DNA of 64,000 bases from Bacteroidales bacterium. Lineage in GTDB: Bacteria; Bacteroidota; Bacteroidia; Bacteroidales; UBA932. A program made the translations under genes and the position numbers. The notes beneath the pieces are model-generated. The model did no database searches, was not told the origin of the DNA, and was given only the letters and a program-made list of their open reading frames with translations. Of this stretch, positions 9,475 to 21,300 are shown piece after piece (the first letter of the stretch is position 1; every line of letters begins with the position of its first letter). The DNA lies in contig JAFYZX010000005.1 of the NCBI GenBank assembly GCA_017548505.1, forward strand, positions 385 to 64,384. Direction: 5' to 3'.

Positions 9475-9649
9475 TATTTGCGTTGTAAAGAATCAAGCAC
9501 AGAAGAGGTAATAAAAGCTGTGGACTCGGAATGATTACCACTCTTTGCCCTTCTGCGGAAAACCTCAGAATCTGAGGTTGATGAAAAGAGGCCCGGAAAA
9601 GAAAGGCCGGGCAAAAAAGAAAAATTAACAAGCATTAAAGGAAAGTAAA

Positions 9650-10516
9650 ATGCCAAGAACAAATTTCCAAGAATTATTAGAGGCAGGCGCACACTTCGGA
9701 CACCTGAAGAGGAAATGGAATCCTAAGATGGCTCCTTATATCTTTATGGAGAAGAACGGAATCCATATCATCGACCTGCACAAGACCGTGCTTATGATTG
9801 ATGATGCGGCAGCTATGATGAAGAACCTCGCACGCACAGGACGCAGGATTCTTTTTGTCGCAACAAAGAAGCAGGCCAAAGACATTATCGCGGAGCAGGC
9901 CAAAGCCGTGAATATGCCGTATGTAACTGAAAGATGGCCAGGTGGTATGCTTACAAACTTCCCGACAATCCGCAAGGCTGTCAAGAAGATGAATACCATT
10001 GACAAGATGAAGACAGACGGAACCTACGAGACTCTTGCAAAGAGAGAGAAACTCCAGGTGGACCGTCAGAGGGCAAAGTTGGAGAAGAACTTAGGTTCAA
10101 TAGCAGATATGAGTCGTCTCCCGTCAGCACTGTTTGTTGTTGATGTTCAGAAAGAGGCTAACGCCGTTAAGGAGGCCAAGAGACTGAATATTCCTGTTAT
10201 CGCGATGGTTGACACATGCTGCGATCCAACCCCGATAGATTATGTGATTCCTGCTAACGACGATGCTGCAAAGAGCGTTGCAGTTGTAGTTAGCGCACTC
10301 TGCGGTGCAATTGCCGAGGGTCTCGAGGAGAGAAAGCTCGAGAGAGAGAAGGCTGCTGCAGAAGAGGAGAAGAGAGCAAAGGACAAGGCTCTTGCAAAGG
10401 CTGAGGGAGAGAAGAAAGCTTCCGACTCTATGCCAGAGGGCAAGAAGATCCGTCCGAGAAGAAAAGTCAATACCGAAGACAAGCCTGCAAAGAAGGCTGA
10501 ACCAAAGGCTGAATAA
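9650..10516 (+). CDS. rpsB: 30S ribosomal protein S2 with a ~50-aa Lys/Glu-rich C-terminal tail
   Basis: LLEAGAHFGHLKRKWNPKM, ILFVATKKQA and TNFPTIRK are S2 signatures. The tail is EEEKRAKDKALAKAEGEKK...KPAKKAEPKAE. Confidence 0.97.
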   Translation: MPRTNFQELLEAGAHFGHLKRKWNPKMAPYIFMEKNGIHIIDLHKTVLMIDDAAAMMKNLARTGRRILFVATKKQAKDIIAEQAKAVNMPYVTERWPGGMLTNFPTIRKAVKKMNTIDKMKTDGTYETLAKREKLQVDRQRAKLEKNLGSIADMSRLPSALFVVDVQKEANAVKEAKRLNIPVIAMVDTCCDPTPIDYVIPANDDAAKSVAVVVSALCGAIAEGLEERKLEREKAAAEEEKRAKDKALAKAEGEKKASDSMPEGKKIRPRRKVNTEDKPAKKAEPKAE

Positions 10517-10532
10517 TTAAAGGAGACGGATT

Positions 10533-11528
10533 ATGGAAATCAAAGCATCAGACGTAATGAAGCTCCGCCAGATGACGCAGGCCGGTATGATGGACTGCAA
10601 GAAGGCCTTGATAGAGGCTGAGGGCGACTTCGAAAAAGCAAAGGAAATCCTTAGGGAGAAGGGTAAGGTTATCGCTGCAAAGCGTTCTGACAGAGAGACC
10701 ACCGAGGGTGCTGTTCTTGCCAGGGCAAATGCAGACAAGACCGTAGCTACTCTCACCTGCCTGGGCTGCGAGACTGACTTCGTAGCCAAGACAGATGGTT
10801 TCCAGGCTCTTGCAAACGCTATTGCAGATGCGGCTATCGCAAATACTCCTGCAAATCTTGAGGATCTGAAGAACTGCAAGATTGGTGAATACACCATCGC
10901 CGATGCAGTTATGGACCAGACCGGAAAGAGCGGCGAGAAGCATGTTGTAGCTTGCTACGAGAAGATAGAGGCTCCTTTCGTAGGCTTCTACATTCACAGC
11001 AACCAGAAAGTTGCCACCATCGTAGGTTTCAGCAAGAAGATTTCTGACGATGTGGCAAAGGAGATTGCAATGCAGATTACCGCTATGGTTCCTATCGCTG
11101 TTACTGCAGACGATATCCCTCAGAAGATAAAGGATGAGGAACTCGCTCTTGCAGTTTCCAAGACTAAGGAAGAGATGATAAAGAAGGCTGTTGACGCTGC
11201 TCTCAGCAAGGCTGGCCTCAATCCTAACCACTTTGACAGCGAGGATCATATCGAAAGCAACACCGCTAAGGGATGGATCACCGCCGAAGAGGCTGAGAAG
11301 GGCCGCAAGATCATGAAGGAAGCTGCCGAGCAGAAGGCAGCCAACCTTCCTGAGGCTATGATCCAGAATATCGCTAACGGTCGTTTGCAGAAGTTCTTCA
11401 AGGAGAAAACTCTCAACGAGCAGATTCTGGCTCTTGGAGATGGCAAGGAGACCGTTGCACAGTATCTGAAGAGAATGGATCCTGAGGTAAAGGTTCTTTC
11501 TTTCCGCAGATTCTCTCTGAGCGACTAA
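10533..11528 (+). CDS. tsf: translation elongation factor Ts
   Basis: 331 aa. The N-terminal UBA-like VMKLRQMTQAGMMDCKKALIEAEGDFEKA is typical of EF-Ts. It sits downstream of rpsB as in most bacteria. Confidence 0.96.
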   Translation: MEIKASDVMKLRQMTQAGMMDCKKALIEAEGDFEKAKEILREKGKVIAAKRSDRETTEGAVLARANADKTVATLTCLGCETDFVAKTDGFQALANAIADAAIANTPANLEDLKNCKIGEYTIADAVMDQTGKSGEKHVVACYEKIEAPFVGFYIHSNQKVATIVGFSKKISDDVAKEIAMQITAMVPIAVTADDIPQKIKDEELALAVSKTKEEMIKKAVDAALSKAGLNPNHFDSEDHIESNTAKGWITAEEAEKGRKIMKEAAEQKAANLPEAMIQNIANGRLQKFFKEKTLNEQILALGDGKETVAQYLKRMDPEVKVLSFRRFSLSD

Positions 11529-11568
11529 AACCAGCAGGGTCCTGCCAGGGCAGGAAAATCACGCAAAA

Positions 11569-11605
11569 ATCGGGATGACGATACAGCCATCCCGATTTTT
11601 TTTTG
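11569..11605 (+). terminator. rho-independent terminator after tsf
   Basis: ATCGGGATG-10 nt-CATCCCGAT followed by T9. Confidence 0.85.
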
Positions 11606-11633
11606 TACTTTGCACCCAAATAGTGCTATTTTT

Positions 11634-14171
11634 ATGAGGAAGTTTTTAAAAATCTCAGTCATTGCAGCCATCGCAGCCATTTTCATTGGCAATACAATGT
11701 CTGCCCAGAGCAAGCTTGAAGAACGCTTCAAGGCTTACTCTCAACTCCTTTCCCCGGAAAAGCTTTACCTGCAGACAGACAGGGAGACTTACTGTGTAGG
11801 CGATACCGTATGGTTCAAGGGTTATCTGATTAACAATTCCCTTGTGTCCGAGTTCCCGGAGAGCAACTACATTTATGTGGAACTCATCACATATTACTTT
11901 GCCAAGAACGTATATTCCAATAAAATAGAGGAAACTCACAGGATGGTTCAGAGGGTAAAGGTAAAAAGACGCAACGGCGTGCTTCAGGGCTATATTGTCC
12001 TGGACAGCGACATGAATACAGGTACTGCAATCCTCAGGGCATATTCCTATTGGGCTCTCAATTTCCCGGCAGATTATATCTACAGCAGGATGATTACTGT
12101 AATCAATCCTATAAAGGACAATTACGTGAAGGATCTTGTGGACCACAAAGTGGACAATACGGAAGACTATACCAAGGTCGGAGTGCTTAATCCGTTCAAG
12201 AAGGAAAAGAAAGAAAGGCACGACGTGGACTGCCAGTTCCTGCCGGAAAGCGGACGCTATTTTGCGGGAACAAAGGCTGTTATGGGCGTAAAATGTGTGG
12301 ATGAGACCGGATTTGGAACGGAGGTGGAGGGAGATATCCTTGACAGTAGGGACAATAAAGTAGCCTCTTTCAAGACAAACCGTCTTGGAATGGGCAAATT
12401 CTCATTTGTTCCCGTGCCGGGCGGCAGCTATTATGCCAGGATAAAGGATACCAGGGATGTAGAGAAGAGAGTTAATCTTCCGTCTGCGGAAAATACCGGA
12501 GCCTTGATTAATCTTACTTTCAATGGAGACAATATAATCTCAGAGCTGTATGCTACAGATAATCTGGACAAGAATTCCCTTCAGTTCATTCTCTCTGACG
12601 GAACAGAAATTTTCTACTCCAAACCTCTGAGCGCGGCCTCCAAACTGGCGCTTCCGATCAAAAATCTCAGGGAGGGAGTCAATGTTGCAACTGTCGCCGA
12701 TCAGGAAGGAAACGTTTATGCCAAGAGGCCTTTCTTTATCCTCCCTGTTTCAGAAGGGGAAGTCAAGATGGAGACAGACCGCGCCACTTATGGGCAGAGA
12801 GATCCGGTCACCTGCACAATTACTCTTAACCGTCCGGTAAGCGGAGACCTTTCCGTATCCGTAACTGACGATACCCATGCCCCTTATCTTGGAACGGAAA
12901 ACAACATTGTTTCCTATATGCTGCTTTCTTCCGAGCTCAAGGGTTATGTGGAGAATCCTCAGTGGTATTTCGACGAAAGCGTTGATTTTGGCGAGAGGGA
13001 GGCTGCCGTGGATCTTCTGATGATGACTCAGGGATGGCAGTATTACGATCTTCCGGCAATCTTCAAAGGCCAGTACGACATGCCTCACTTCGGGAAGGAA
13101 TATATCCAGACCATTTCCGGAAGGGTAAAGAAGTCGTCGCTGAGGAAAAGCAAGGCTTCCATAGTTTCCTTTGTTGCTCCTTCCATCAACTTCACGGCTA
13201 TGGGGCAGCTGGATTCTTCAGGGTTCTTTGAGCTCAAGGATATAAACTTCCCTGATTCCACTCTGTTCATAGTCAATGCAGTAAGTATCGGTGGAAGAAA
13301 GTCTTTCATTCCTTACATAGATGACGATTCATTTGCTCCGGTCATCAACTACCAGAGAAGAAAAGAGAAGGTAGATTATTCTCAGGAAGCAGCCCAGTAC
13401 ATGATTCAGAATTATTACAACAGCGGTGGAGAGAAAGTTTACCAGCTGGATCCTATCTATATCACATCGCAGAGGATGGTAAAGGCAAAGGACAATATTT
13501 CTCCATTCCCTGTACAGTATTTCAAGGAGGGCCAGTTGAAGACCGAGGAAGACCTGAAGCCTTACATCGGATATGACCTGTTCACTTACGTGCTGGAAAA
13601 CTACACTGGCATCAGGGAAGACCGCGACACGACTTCCGGAGACAGAAAACTGGTCTGCAGGGTACCTGCCCGCGCGGCCAACTGGGAGATAAGCGATTAT
13701 ACCGAGATTATAGTTTACATAGACGGATTCCAGGCTCCATCTTCTTCAGAACTTGACCACTATGTTGTAGATGAACTGGAGGCATTCGTATTCCTTAGGG
13801 GAATGGATGCCGCTCCATTCTCTCCGATGCAGGATGGAAGCGGGTCAATCATCCCTGTCATTATGATCAAGACAAAACCGAGCGCCAAAACCGGAATGCC
13901 AAAGAATGTTACTAAGGGATATCCGCTGGGATGGCAGCGGCCGAAGAAATTCTACAGTCCGGCATACGATGTCCAGGGCAAGGCGATAAGCCGTTCGGGA
14001 AGCGACAAGAGGGCTACAATTTACTGGGAGCCGGCACTTAGGGTTGAGGACGGAAAGGGACAGTTCCATTTCAACACTTCGGACGGAAGGTCGGGATATA
14101 CGGTTGTTATCGAGGGTGTTACCAATGATGGCGAGTATATCTTCTCCAAGCAGCAGATAAAGAGGGACTGA
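11634..14171 (+). CDS. large secreted MG2-domain (alpha-2-macroglobulin-like) protein, function unknown
   Basis: Signal peptide MRKFLKISVIAAIAAIFIGNTMSAQ. The LYLQTDRETYCVGDTVWFKGYL motif is typical of MG2 domains. Start moved to the ATG at 11634. No enzymatic motif recognised. Confidence 0.6.
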   Translation: MRKFLKISVIAAIAAIFIGNTMSAQSKLEERFKAYSQLLSPEKLYLQTDRETYCVGDTVWFKGYLINNSLVSEFPESNYIYVELITYYFAKNVYSNKIEETHRMVQRVKVKRRNGVLQGYIVLDSDMNTGTAILRAYSYWALNFPADYIYSRMITVINPIKDNYVKDLVDHKVDNTEDYTKVGVLNPFKKEKKERHDVDCQFLPESGRYFAGTKAVMGVKCVDETGFGTEVEGDILDSRDNKVASFKTNRLGMGKFSFVPVPGGSYYARIKDTRDVEKRVNLPSAENTGALINLTFNGDNIISELYATDNLDKNSLQFILSDGTEIFYSKPLSAASKLALPIKNLREGVNVATVADQEGNVYAKRPFFILPVSEGEVKMETDRATYGQRDPVTCTITLNRPVSGDLSVSVTDDTHAPYLGTENNIVSYMLLSSELKGYVENPQWYFDESVDFGEREAAVDLLMMTQGWQYYDLPAIFKGQYDMPHFGKEYIQTISGRVKKSSLRKSKASIVSFVAPSINFTAMGQLDSSGFFELKDINFPDSTLFIVNAVSIGGRKSFIPYIDDDSFAPVINYQRRKEKVDYSQEAAQYMIQNYYNSGGEKVYQLDPIYITSQRMVKAKDNISPFPVQYFKEGQLKTEEDLKPYIGYDLFTYVLENYTGIREDRDTTSGDRKLVCRVPARAANWEISDYTEIIVYIDGFQAPSSSELDHYVVDELEAFVFLRGMDAAPFSPMQDGSGSIIPVIMIKTKPSAKTGMPKNVTKGYPLGWQRPKKFYSPAYDVQGKAISRSGSDKRATIYWEPALRVEDGKGQFHFNTSDGRSGYTVVIEGVTNDGEYIFSKQQIKRD

Positions 14172-14221
14172 TTTTTGAGAGACTAGTTAAAAAAGGCGAA
14201 ATATTTAAATAAGAAAGAGTT

Positions 14222-15763
14222 ATGAAACGTTCAGAATTCTATCTAAAGGCAAAGACACTGCTGATGGCGGTGTTGATGGTATCTTCATCGCTGATCCTTA
14301 CAAATTGCGGCGGAGGCGGAAGCGGAGAAAAGGGGAAAATCGAGCCAGAACCAGTTACACCGGTAATATCGACAAAGTGCGAACTTTCAACTTTTCAGTT
14401 CAAGGCAACTTCAAATCCCGGCCTTGTGACAAATCCGTCTGCAACGATTGCCACCATTCAGAACAGAAACCTCGTCTTGATAACAGTTCCGGAGTCGGCT
14501 GATCTGACAAAGCTTGTTCCAACTTTCAATGCCAGTGACAAGGCTACAGTCAAACTGGGCGGCGCAGCAGCAACTTCAGGCGTAACGGCGGCAAACTTCA
14601 CAAACGATGTCGAGCTGGTTGTAACAGCTGAGGACGGAAAGCACTCGAAGTACTATTACGTGCTGGTTCGCAAGGGCAATGCCGAGATGGACGGTGAGGT
14701 TTATGCCATAATGAAGAAATACAACATTCCGGGTATAAGCGTTGCAACCACCAAAAACGAGAAACTTGCCTACACTGCAGGATACGGATATGCTGTAATA
14801 GACCAGACTCCAAGGGTTAGGGTTACTCCGGATATGCTGTTCCGCCTGGCCAGCGTTTCCAAGTTCCAGTGCGCTCTCTGCATAATGTCCCTGTATGAGG
14901 ATGGCCTGCTTTCTCCTGACGATTATGTATTCGCTCCGGCAGGAGCAAATGGTCCTGACAGCAAGGAGGGTATTCTCCAGAGTATGTATCCGGGCGCTCA
15001 CGCAACCGGCGTGGACCAGATTAAGGTACGCCACCTTCTCACCCATACTTCCGGCTGGCAATATGCAACCACCGGCGGCGTGGATCCTATCTTTACGGGA
15101 GACAGCCGTTTCTATGGCAAGAACCTCAAGCAAAGGGTGGAATATATGGTCAAGACCGCCGTTTCCAACACTCCGGGATCCGTTTATTCCTATTATAACC
15201 TCGGCTACTGCGTTCTTGGACAGATTGTAGAGCAGGTTACAGGCGGTACATACGAGGCCTACCTGAAGCAGGTTGAGGCAAAGGCCGGAATTACAGACGT
15301 ATGGATGGGCAAGAGTTCCAAGTCGCAACTCAGAGCCAATGAGGTTCACTATTATGCCCAGCAGAGCACCGATGCCTATCAGAACGATATGAATGTGGTT
15401 GGAGCCTGCGGTGCGGTAATCAATTCTGCCGTTAACCTTATGCAGCTTGTATGCGCCATTGATTACGGAACCGTTGTTCCTGACATTCTTCAGAAAGAAA
15501 CTCTGGATATGGTTTACACCAATTATACTTCTTCCGGCAAGGGTGGTTACGGTTTCGGATGGAGAATAGGGCACAACACCCTTACAAGATGGGCTTCCTA
15601 TCACGGAGGAAACATCAACGGAACAGCAACTATCATAGTTAGGGGAAATAACGGAGTCCATGGTGTTCTTCTCTGCAATTCAAGAAGTTATATTGATGAC
15701 TTTGACACGGCTCTGTATGTAGGCCTGGATGCTATCATGTCTAGGGTAAATAGCACTTATTGA
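14222..15763 (+). CDS. lipoprotein: N-terminal Ig-like/surface domain + beta-lactamase-fold serine hydrolase
   Basis: Lipobox LILTNCGGGG. S-x-x-K motif ASVSKF and HTSGW in the C-terminal ~370 aa. This is the second serine hydrolase paralog class in the window. Confidence 0.8.
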   Translation: MKRSEFYLKAKTLLMAVLMVSSSLILTNCGGGGSGEKGKIEPEPVTPVISTKCELSTFQFKATSNPGLVTNPSATIATIQNRNLVLITVPESADLTKLVPTFNASDKATVKLGGAAATSGVTAANFTNDVELVVTAEDGKHSKYYYVLVRKGNAEMDGEVYAIMKKYNIPGISVATTKNEKLAYTAGYGYAVIDQTPRVRVTPDMLFRLASVSKFQCALCIMSLYEDGLLSPDDYVFAPAGANGPDSKEGILQSMYPGAHATGVDQIKVRHLLTHTSGWQYATTGGVDPIFTGDSRFYGKNLKQRVEYMVKTAVSNTPGSVYSYYNLGYCVLGQIVEQVTGGTYEAYLKQVEAKAGITDVWMGKSSKSQLRANEVHYYAQQSTDAYQNDMNVVGACGAVINSAVNLMQLVCAIDYGTVVPDILQKETLDMVYTNYTSSGKGGYGFGWRIGHNTLTRWASYHGGNINGTATIIVRGNNGVHGVLLCNSRSYIDDFDTALYVGLDAIMSRVNSTY

Positions 15764-16842
15764 TTGTGGCATCTACCGGAATCGCAAGCAAGACACTCCT
15801 GTTCCCTTACTGGCTGACCCTGGCCATAAGGAACAAGTTGTATGACAAAGGCATTTTCAAGTCTGAAAAGTTTGATATACCTGTAATATCGGTCGGAAAC
15901 ATTTCCGTGGGAGGAACAGGCAAGACTCCTCACACGGAAATGCTTGTTTCTCTATTGAAGAACAGTTACCGGGTTGCGGTCATCTCCAGGGGATACAAGA
16001 GGAAGACAAAAGGTTATCACGAAGTAAAGGTTACGGATGATTTCACAATGTGCGGAGACGAGCCTTTGCAGATGAAAAGGAAGTTCCCCGATGTTGTTGT
16101 AGCTGTCTGCAAGGATCGCGCCCAGGCTATCCGCAAGGTGAAGGAGGATTTCGGTGTCAACCTTGTAATCCTCGACGATGCCTACCAGCACCGCAAGATT
16201 ACCCCGTCCTGCAACATTCTTCTGGTCAACTATAACCGCACCATTGCGGGAGACAATCTTTTGCCCATCGGCCGTCTCCGCGATTTGGCCAGCCAGACTA
16301 AACGGGCGGATGCGGTGATAATCACCAAATGTCCGGATTTTGGCGAGTTTGACGGAAACCAAAATGAGGAAATGGGGTTGGAGGCAATCTCCGCCCAGGA
16401 GAAACTCTGGAGGAAGAGTCTCAAGCTCCGCGACGGCCAGCCGGTATTTTTCTCAACTGCCGAGTTCTGCCCGGCAGTTCCTGTTTTCCCGGGAATCTGC
16501 AATGTTCGCTACCTGTACTCAAAATTCGCGCTGGCTTTTACCGGCATCGCAGATGACACCCAGTTCCGCTCGCAGCTTGTGGCAACCCATCAGGTGGGAG
16601 AAATCCTGAAATTTGCGGACCACAAGAATTTCTCCCGGGGGGATATCCGCAAGATAGAGGCTATGGCACGCCGTCAGCAGGAGGCGGCAATAATCACTAC
16701 GGAGAAGGACAGCATGAGACTGAAAACCAACAAATATCTTTCTCAAGAGCTCAAGGAGAGGCTTTTCGCCCTGCCCGTAGGATGCCGAATCATAACTCAG
16801 GCCAAAAGAGATGAATTCCTGAAAATTATAACCAATAAATAA
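15760..16842 (+). CDS. lpxK: tetraacyldisaccharide 4'-kinase
   Basis: VGNISVGGTGKTPHTE P-loop and LDDAYQH motif of LpxK. There is no ATG near the N-terminus. The start is a TTG at 15760 or a GTG at 15766, overlapping the upstream stop codon. Confidence 0.88.
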   Translation: MIVASTGIASKTLLFPYWLTLAIRNKLYDKGIFKSEKFDIPVISVGNISVGGTGKTPHTEMLVSLLKNSYRVAVISRGYKRKTKGYHEVKVTDDFTMCGDEPLQMKRKFPDVVVAVCKDRAQAIRKVKEDFGVNLVILDDAYQHRKITPSCNILLVNYNRTIAGDNLLPIGRLRDLASQTKRADAVIITKCPDFGEFDGNQNEEMGLEAISAQEKLWRKSLKLRDGQPVFFSTAEFCPAVPVFPGICNVRYLYSKFALAFTGIADDTQFRSQLVATHQVGEILKFADHKNFSRGDIRKIEAMARRQQEAAIITTEKDSMRLKTNKYLSQELKERLFALPVGCRIITQAKRDEFLKIITNK

Positions 16843-16854
16843 AAACTAGCAATT

Positions 16855-18162
16855 ATGACTCAAGGTCAGACTAAAAATTACGTTATCCCATTAGCCTGCA
16901 TAGGATTCATGTTCTTTGCGGTGGGCTTTGCCCTGGGACTGAACGGGTATCTGATACCTCTTCTGAAAGGTTCCCTGAACGTTTCCGGAGCGGCTTCCTA
17001 CCTGATTGTATTCGTAACCTTTGCAGCCTTCCTCATCTTTGGCTACCCGGCAGGCAGCATAATCAAGAAGATTGGCTACAAGAAAACGATGGCGCTGGCG
17101 TTCCTTATTTTCACCATCGCGTTCCTGCTCTTCGTATGGCCGGCTAAAATCGCCGAGGCAAATATGGAAGGAGGGGTTGTCACCCAGAACATGAGGATGA
17201 AATGCCTGATACTTTTCCTTGTCGCTTCTTTCATCAGCGGACTCGGAAACACAATTCTCCAGGCAGCAATCAATCCTTACATCACGATTTTGGGCCCGAT
17301 GGAGACAGGTGCAAAGAGAATAAGCATCATGGGTATCTGCAACAAGCTGGCTTATCCGATTGCCACCCTGTTCCTGGCCTGGCTTATAGGAAAGTCCATC
17401 TCCAACGCCCAGGTTACAGACATTATCAAGCCGTTCTATGTGATTGCCGCCATTTTCTTCATTCTTGGAATACTGGTACTTTTTGCTCCGCTTGAGGAAA
17501 TCAAGGCGAAAGGAGAGGAGGAAGGTCACGAGGACGATTGCCCTTACGCGGCCAACAAGACTTCCATCTGGCAGTTCCCTCATCTGGTTTACGGATGCCT
17601 TACCTTATTCTTATATGTAGGAGTTGAAACCCTGGCCCTGCAGACTCCGGTCGATCTGGCCAATACCCTTGACCTCCCTCATCCGGAATTATATCCGTGG
17701 CTTCCTTCCATAGGAATGGTCATCGGATATATAATAGGTATACTGTTTATACCTAAAGTCCTTTCCCAGGCAAAAGCCCTCAAGATATGCGCATGGCTCG
17801 GTGTACTGGGCACATTGTGCGCCTTCCTGCTGGCAGTCTTGATGCCGGAGCAGTCTAAGTTGACCGTTTGGGTTCTGTTCACAACAGCCTTGGCGTGCTC
17901 CCTTATGTGGCCTGCAATCTGGCCTCTGGCTATGGCTGACCTTGGAAAGTTTACCAAGAAAGGCGCTGCCCTTCTGGTTGTTACAATCTTTGGCGGTGCC
18001 GTTATTCCTCCTCTTTTCGGCCTTTTGAAAGACTATCTGGAGAAATCCGCAGGCTTTACTCCGGAGAAAGCCATTCAGTATGCTTATCTGATTGCATTGC
18101 CTTGTTTCCTCGTGATTTTGTGGTACGCATACAGGGGACACAAGATCAGAAGGGAGTCCTGA
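16855..18162 (+). CDS. sugar MFS transporter (glucose/galactose-fucose permease family)
   Basis: 435 aa, about 12 hydrophobic segments. The N-terminal region IGFMFFAVGFALGLNGYLIPLLK resembles GluP/FucP-type transporters. Confidence 0.8.
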   Translation: MTQGQTKNYVIPLACIGFMFFAVGFALGLNGYLIPLLKGSLNVSGAASYLIVFVTFAAFLIFGYPAGSIIKKIGYKKTMALAFLIFTIAFLLFVWPAKIAEANMEGGVVTQNMRMKCLILFLVASFISGLGNTILQAAINPYITILGPMETGAKRISIMGICNKLAYPIATLFLAWLIGKSISNAQVTDIIKPFYVIAAIFFILGILVLFAPLEEIKAKGEEEGHEDDCPYAANKTSIWQFPHLVYGCLTLFLYVGVETLALQTPVDLANTLDLPHPELYPWLPSIGMVIGYIIGILFIPKVLSQAKALKICAWLGVLGTLCAFLLAVLMPEQSKLTVWVLFTTALACSLMWPAIWPLAMADLGKFTKKGAALLVVTIFGGAVIPPLFGLLKDYLEKSAGFTPEKAIQYAYLIALPCFLVILWYAYRGHKIRRES

Positions 18163-18243
18163 CATTAAGGCTAAAACTGGGCCAAATGCAACGAAAACTT
18201 CACTTTTCGCATCTATAATTAGGATTTTTAACTTTTTTTTAGG

Positions 18244-18251
18244 TATATTTG
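18244..18251 (+). promoter_or_regulatory. -7 promoter box for the SusC/D locus
   Basis: TATATTTG, 62 nt upstream of the ATG at 18314. Confidence 0.6.
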
Positions 18252-18313
18252 CGATTGTGTATTTTTCGGACTAAAAACCTATTAAAACACTATAACCAAC
18301 TAAAAAATTAACT

Positions 18314-21300
18314 ATGTTCAATCAAACAAAAACTAACAGGCATTTACGCCTGGGCGTTGCTTTTCTGATGGCAATGATGTTGACCATCGGACAGGTTTTC
18401 GCTCAGAATGTGAATGTTAGCGGAAAGGTCACCGACCAAAGCGGTGAGCCGGTTCCTGGTGCCGCAGTCTATGTAAAGGGCACCAAGACCGGAACAAGCA
18501 CGAACGTAGACGGTACCTATTCACTTAGGTGCGCTCCTAATGCAGTGCTTGTATTCCAGGCAGTTGGCTACGGCACCTTGGAGGTTCCCGTAAACAACAA
18601 GAGTGTGGTTAATGCTGTCCTTAACGAAGGCATCATGCTGGATGAGGCAGTGATTACCGCCGAGTACGGACAGAAGCGTGTACAGCGTTCCGTAGGATCC
18701 GCTGTGCAGAACGTAAAGGCAACCGATATCCAGGAATCTGGACGTGAGGCCTTCGTTAGCGCTCTCCAGGGTCGTGTGGCAGGTATCACGGTTACCACCA
18801 CAGGCGGTGCGCCAGGTGCTTCCACCAGCGTTATCCTCCGTTCTGTAACGTCAGTGTCAGGTAACAACCAGCCTCTGTACGTTATCGACGGTGTGCCAAT
18901 GAACAACAACACCTTCGACCCTAACCACGGTTTCGCAATGGATGATGAGGTCAGCAGCTACGCAGTTGACTACACCTCCAGAGGAAACGACCTCAACCCT
19001 GAGGACATCGAGAGCATGACAATCCTTAAGGGTGCTGCAGCTGCAGTGCTCTACGGATCAGATGCATCCAACGGTGCCATCGTGATCACCACGAAGAAGG
19101 GCCAGGCTGGAAGAGGAAAGGTTACCTACAGCAACCAGCTTACCTGGAGCCAGAGCTACGGCTTCCCTGAGATGCAGAAGGTATATGCCAACGGTCAGTA
19201 TGGCGTAACCAACTACTACATGCAGTCATACTTCGGAGGCAAGTATCCGAAGGACGGCAGCGTCAAGCTGTACGACAACGTAAAGGCTCTCCTCCAGACC
19301 GGATTCTCACACCAGCATAACCTGGCTGTAGAGGGCGGTACAGACAAGGTAACCGTACGTGGTTCCGCATCCTACCTGGATCAGAAGGGTACCGTAAAGA
19401 CTACGGACTACACCCGTCTGAACATCTCCCTTTCCGGAAAGGCTCAGGTAACCAAGTGGCTGAACTTCGATGCCAACATGGCTTACACCGAGACCACCAA
19501 CACCAAGGCCCGCAAGGGTATCTACGGTGTGTTCAGAAGAGCATCCAACTGGCCTATGACAGACAACATGGCCGAGTATCTGGATCCGGACGGAGTTCAG
19601 ATGAAGCTTCCTGTTCTCTACACCGATACAGACCTCTACAACCCTCTGTATGACCTGTACAAGAACAAGAACTACGACGAGTCAAAGAGATTCTTGACTA
19701 CTGTCGGCGTGAACATCACTCCTACCAAGAACACCTTCATCAGCGCAAAGATGGGTTGGGATAACTCCAGAAGTGTTTACGAGAACTTCTACCATCCTTA
19801 CTATGCAAGCCGTACAGGCTCCACATACGGAGACGGCGGTGGTGTTAACATTTCTCACTACAACTTGACCGACAAGTCTCTGAACGTTCTTGCAGGTTAC
19901 AACAACCAGTGGGGTGATTTCACCCTCCACGCACAGGTTGGTTACCACCAGCAGGAGAACGACAGGGAGAACATGGCATCCTACGGTAGCAAGTTCGGAG
20001 TTAAGGACTTCTACTCACTGGAGAACTGCGACCCTAAGACTATCGTTTCCCGTACCCGTAATTCCAAGAGAAGACTCCAGGGTATTTCCGGAGCCATCGA
20101 GCTGGGATGGAAGAACATGGCCTTCCTGAACTTCCGTGGACGTAACGACTGGTCATCCACCCTTCCAAAGGATAACCGCTCTTACTTCTATCCTGCAGTT
20201 GAGGCTTCCTTCATTGCAACTGAGCTTCCGTTCCTGAAGAACAACGACATCATCTCCTACTTGAAACTGAGAGCATCCTTCGCTTCTGTAGGTAAGGACG
20301 CATCCCCTCACGCTATCTACCCTGCCCTCGAGGCAACCGAGAACATCGGTGGTGGATTCAAGTACGGCTACACCGGTCCTAACCTGACCCTGAAGCCGGA
20401 GATGAACAACGAGACCGAGGTCGGCTTTGAGGCACGTCTGCTCAACGACCGTATCAATATGGACTTCTCCTACTTCTGGAGAAAATGTAAGAACCAGTAC
20501 ATCGAGAACTTCCGTCTGTCTTACGCTACCGGATTCGTATTGAATAATATGAACGTCGGTACCTTCAAGACTTGGGGATGGGAATTCCACATCGACGGCG
20601 ACATCCTCCGCACCTCTTCCGGTTGGAGATGGAACGTAGGTCTGAATATCGACCACAACGATTCAGAAGTTACCTACCTGCCTGAGAACGTAACCGAGTA
20701 CTACAACGCTTACACTTGGCTTTCCGGTAACCTCCGTAACGGTATCGTGAAGGGTTATCCTGTATTCGCCATGACCGGTAACGACTATCAGAGAAACGAC
20801 AAGGGACAGGTGCTCATCAGCGCTACCACCGGTCTTCCTCTGACACAGTCCACCAAGTGGTCTTACATGGGCGACCGTAACCCTAAACTGAAGTATGGTG
20901 TCACCACTTCCGTTTCCTGGAAGAACTTCCGCTTCAGCATGCTGCTCGACGGACGTTTCGGTGCAACCGTAGTTAACGCCACCAAGCGTCAGATGATGAG
21001 CAACGGTACATCTACCGAGTCTCTCTGGATGAGGACCAACGACAAGAAGTACATCTTCAACGGTGTGCTCAACGATGGCAAGCAGAACAGCGACAATCCT
21101 ACTCCATCCAACATCGCAGTTGACTTCTCCAACTACAGCACAATCTACAGCGGAACTGACTGGGATTGGCTGGAGAAGCACGTGAACTGGTTGAGACTGA
21201 AGGAAATCCGTCTCCAGTACACTCTTCCTAAGAACTGGCTGCAGAGCGCAACCCACAACCTGCTGAGTGCAGCAAGCGTATGGATCAGCGCAAATGACCT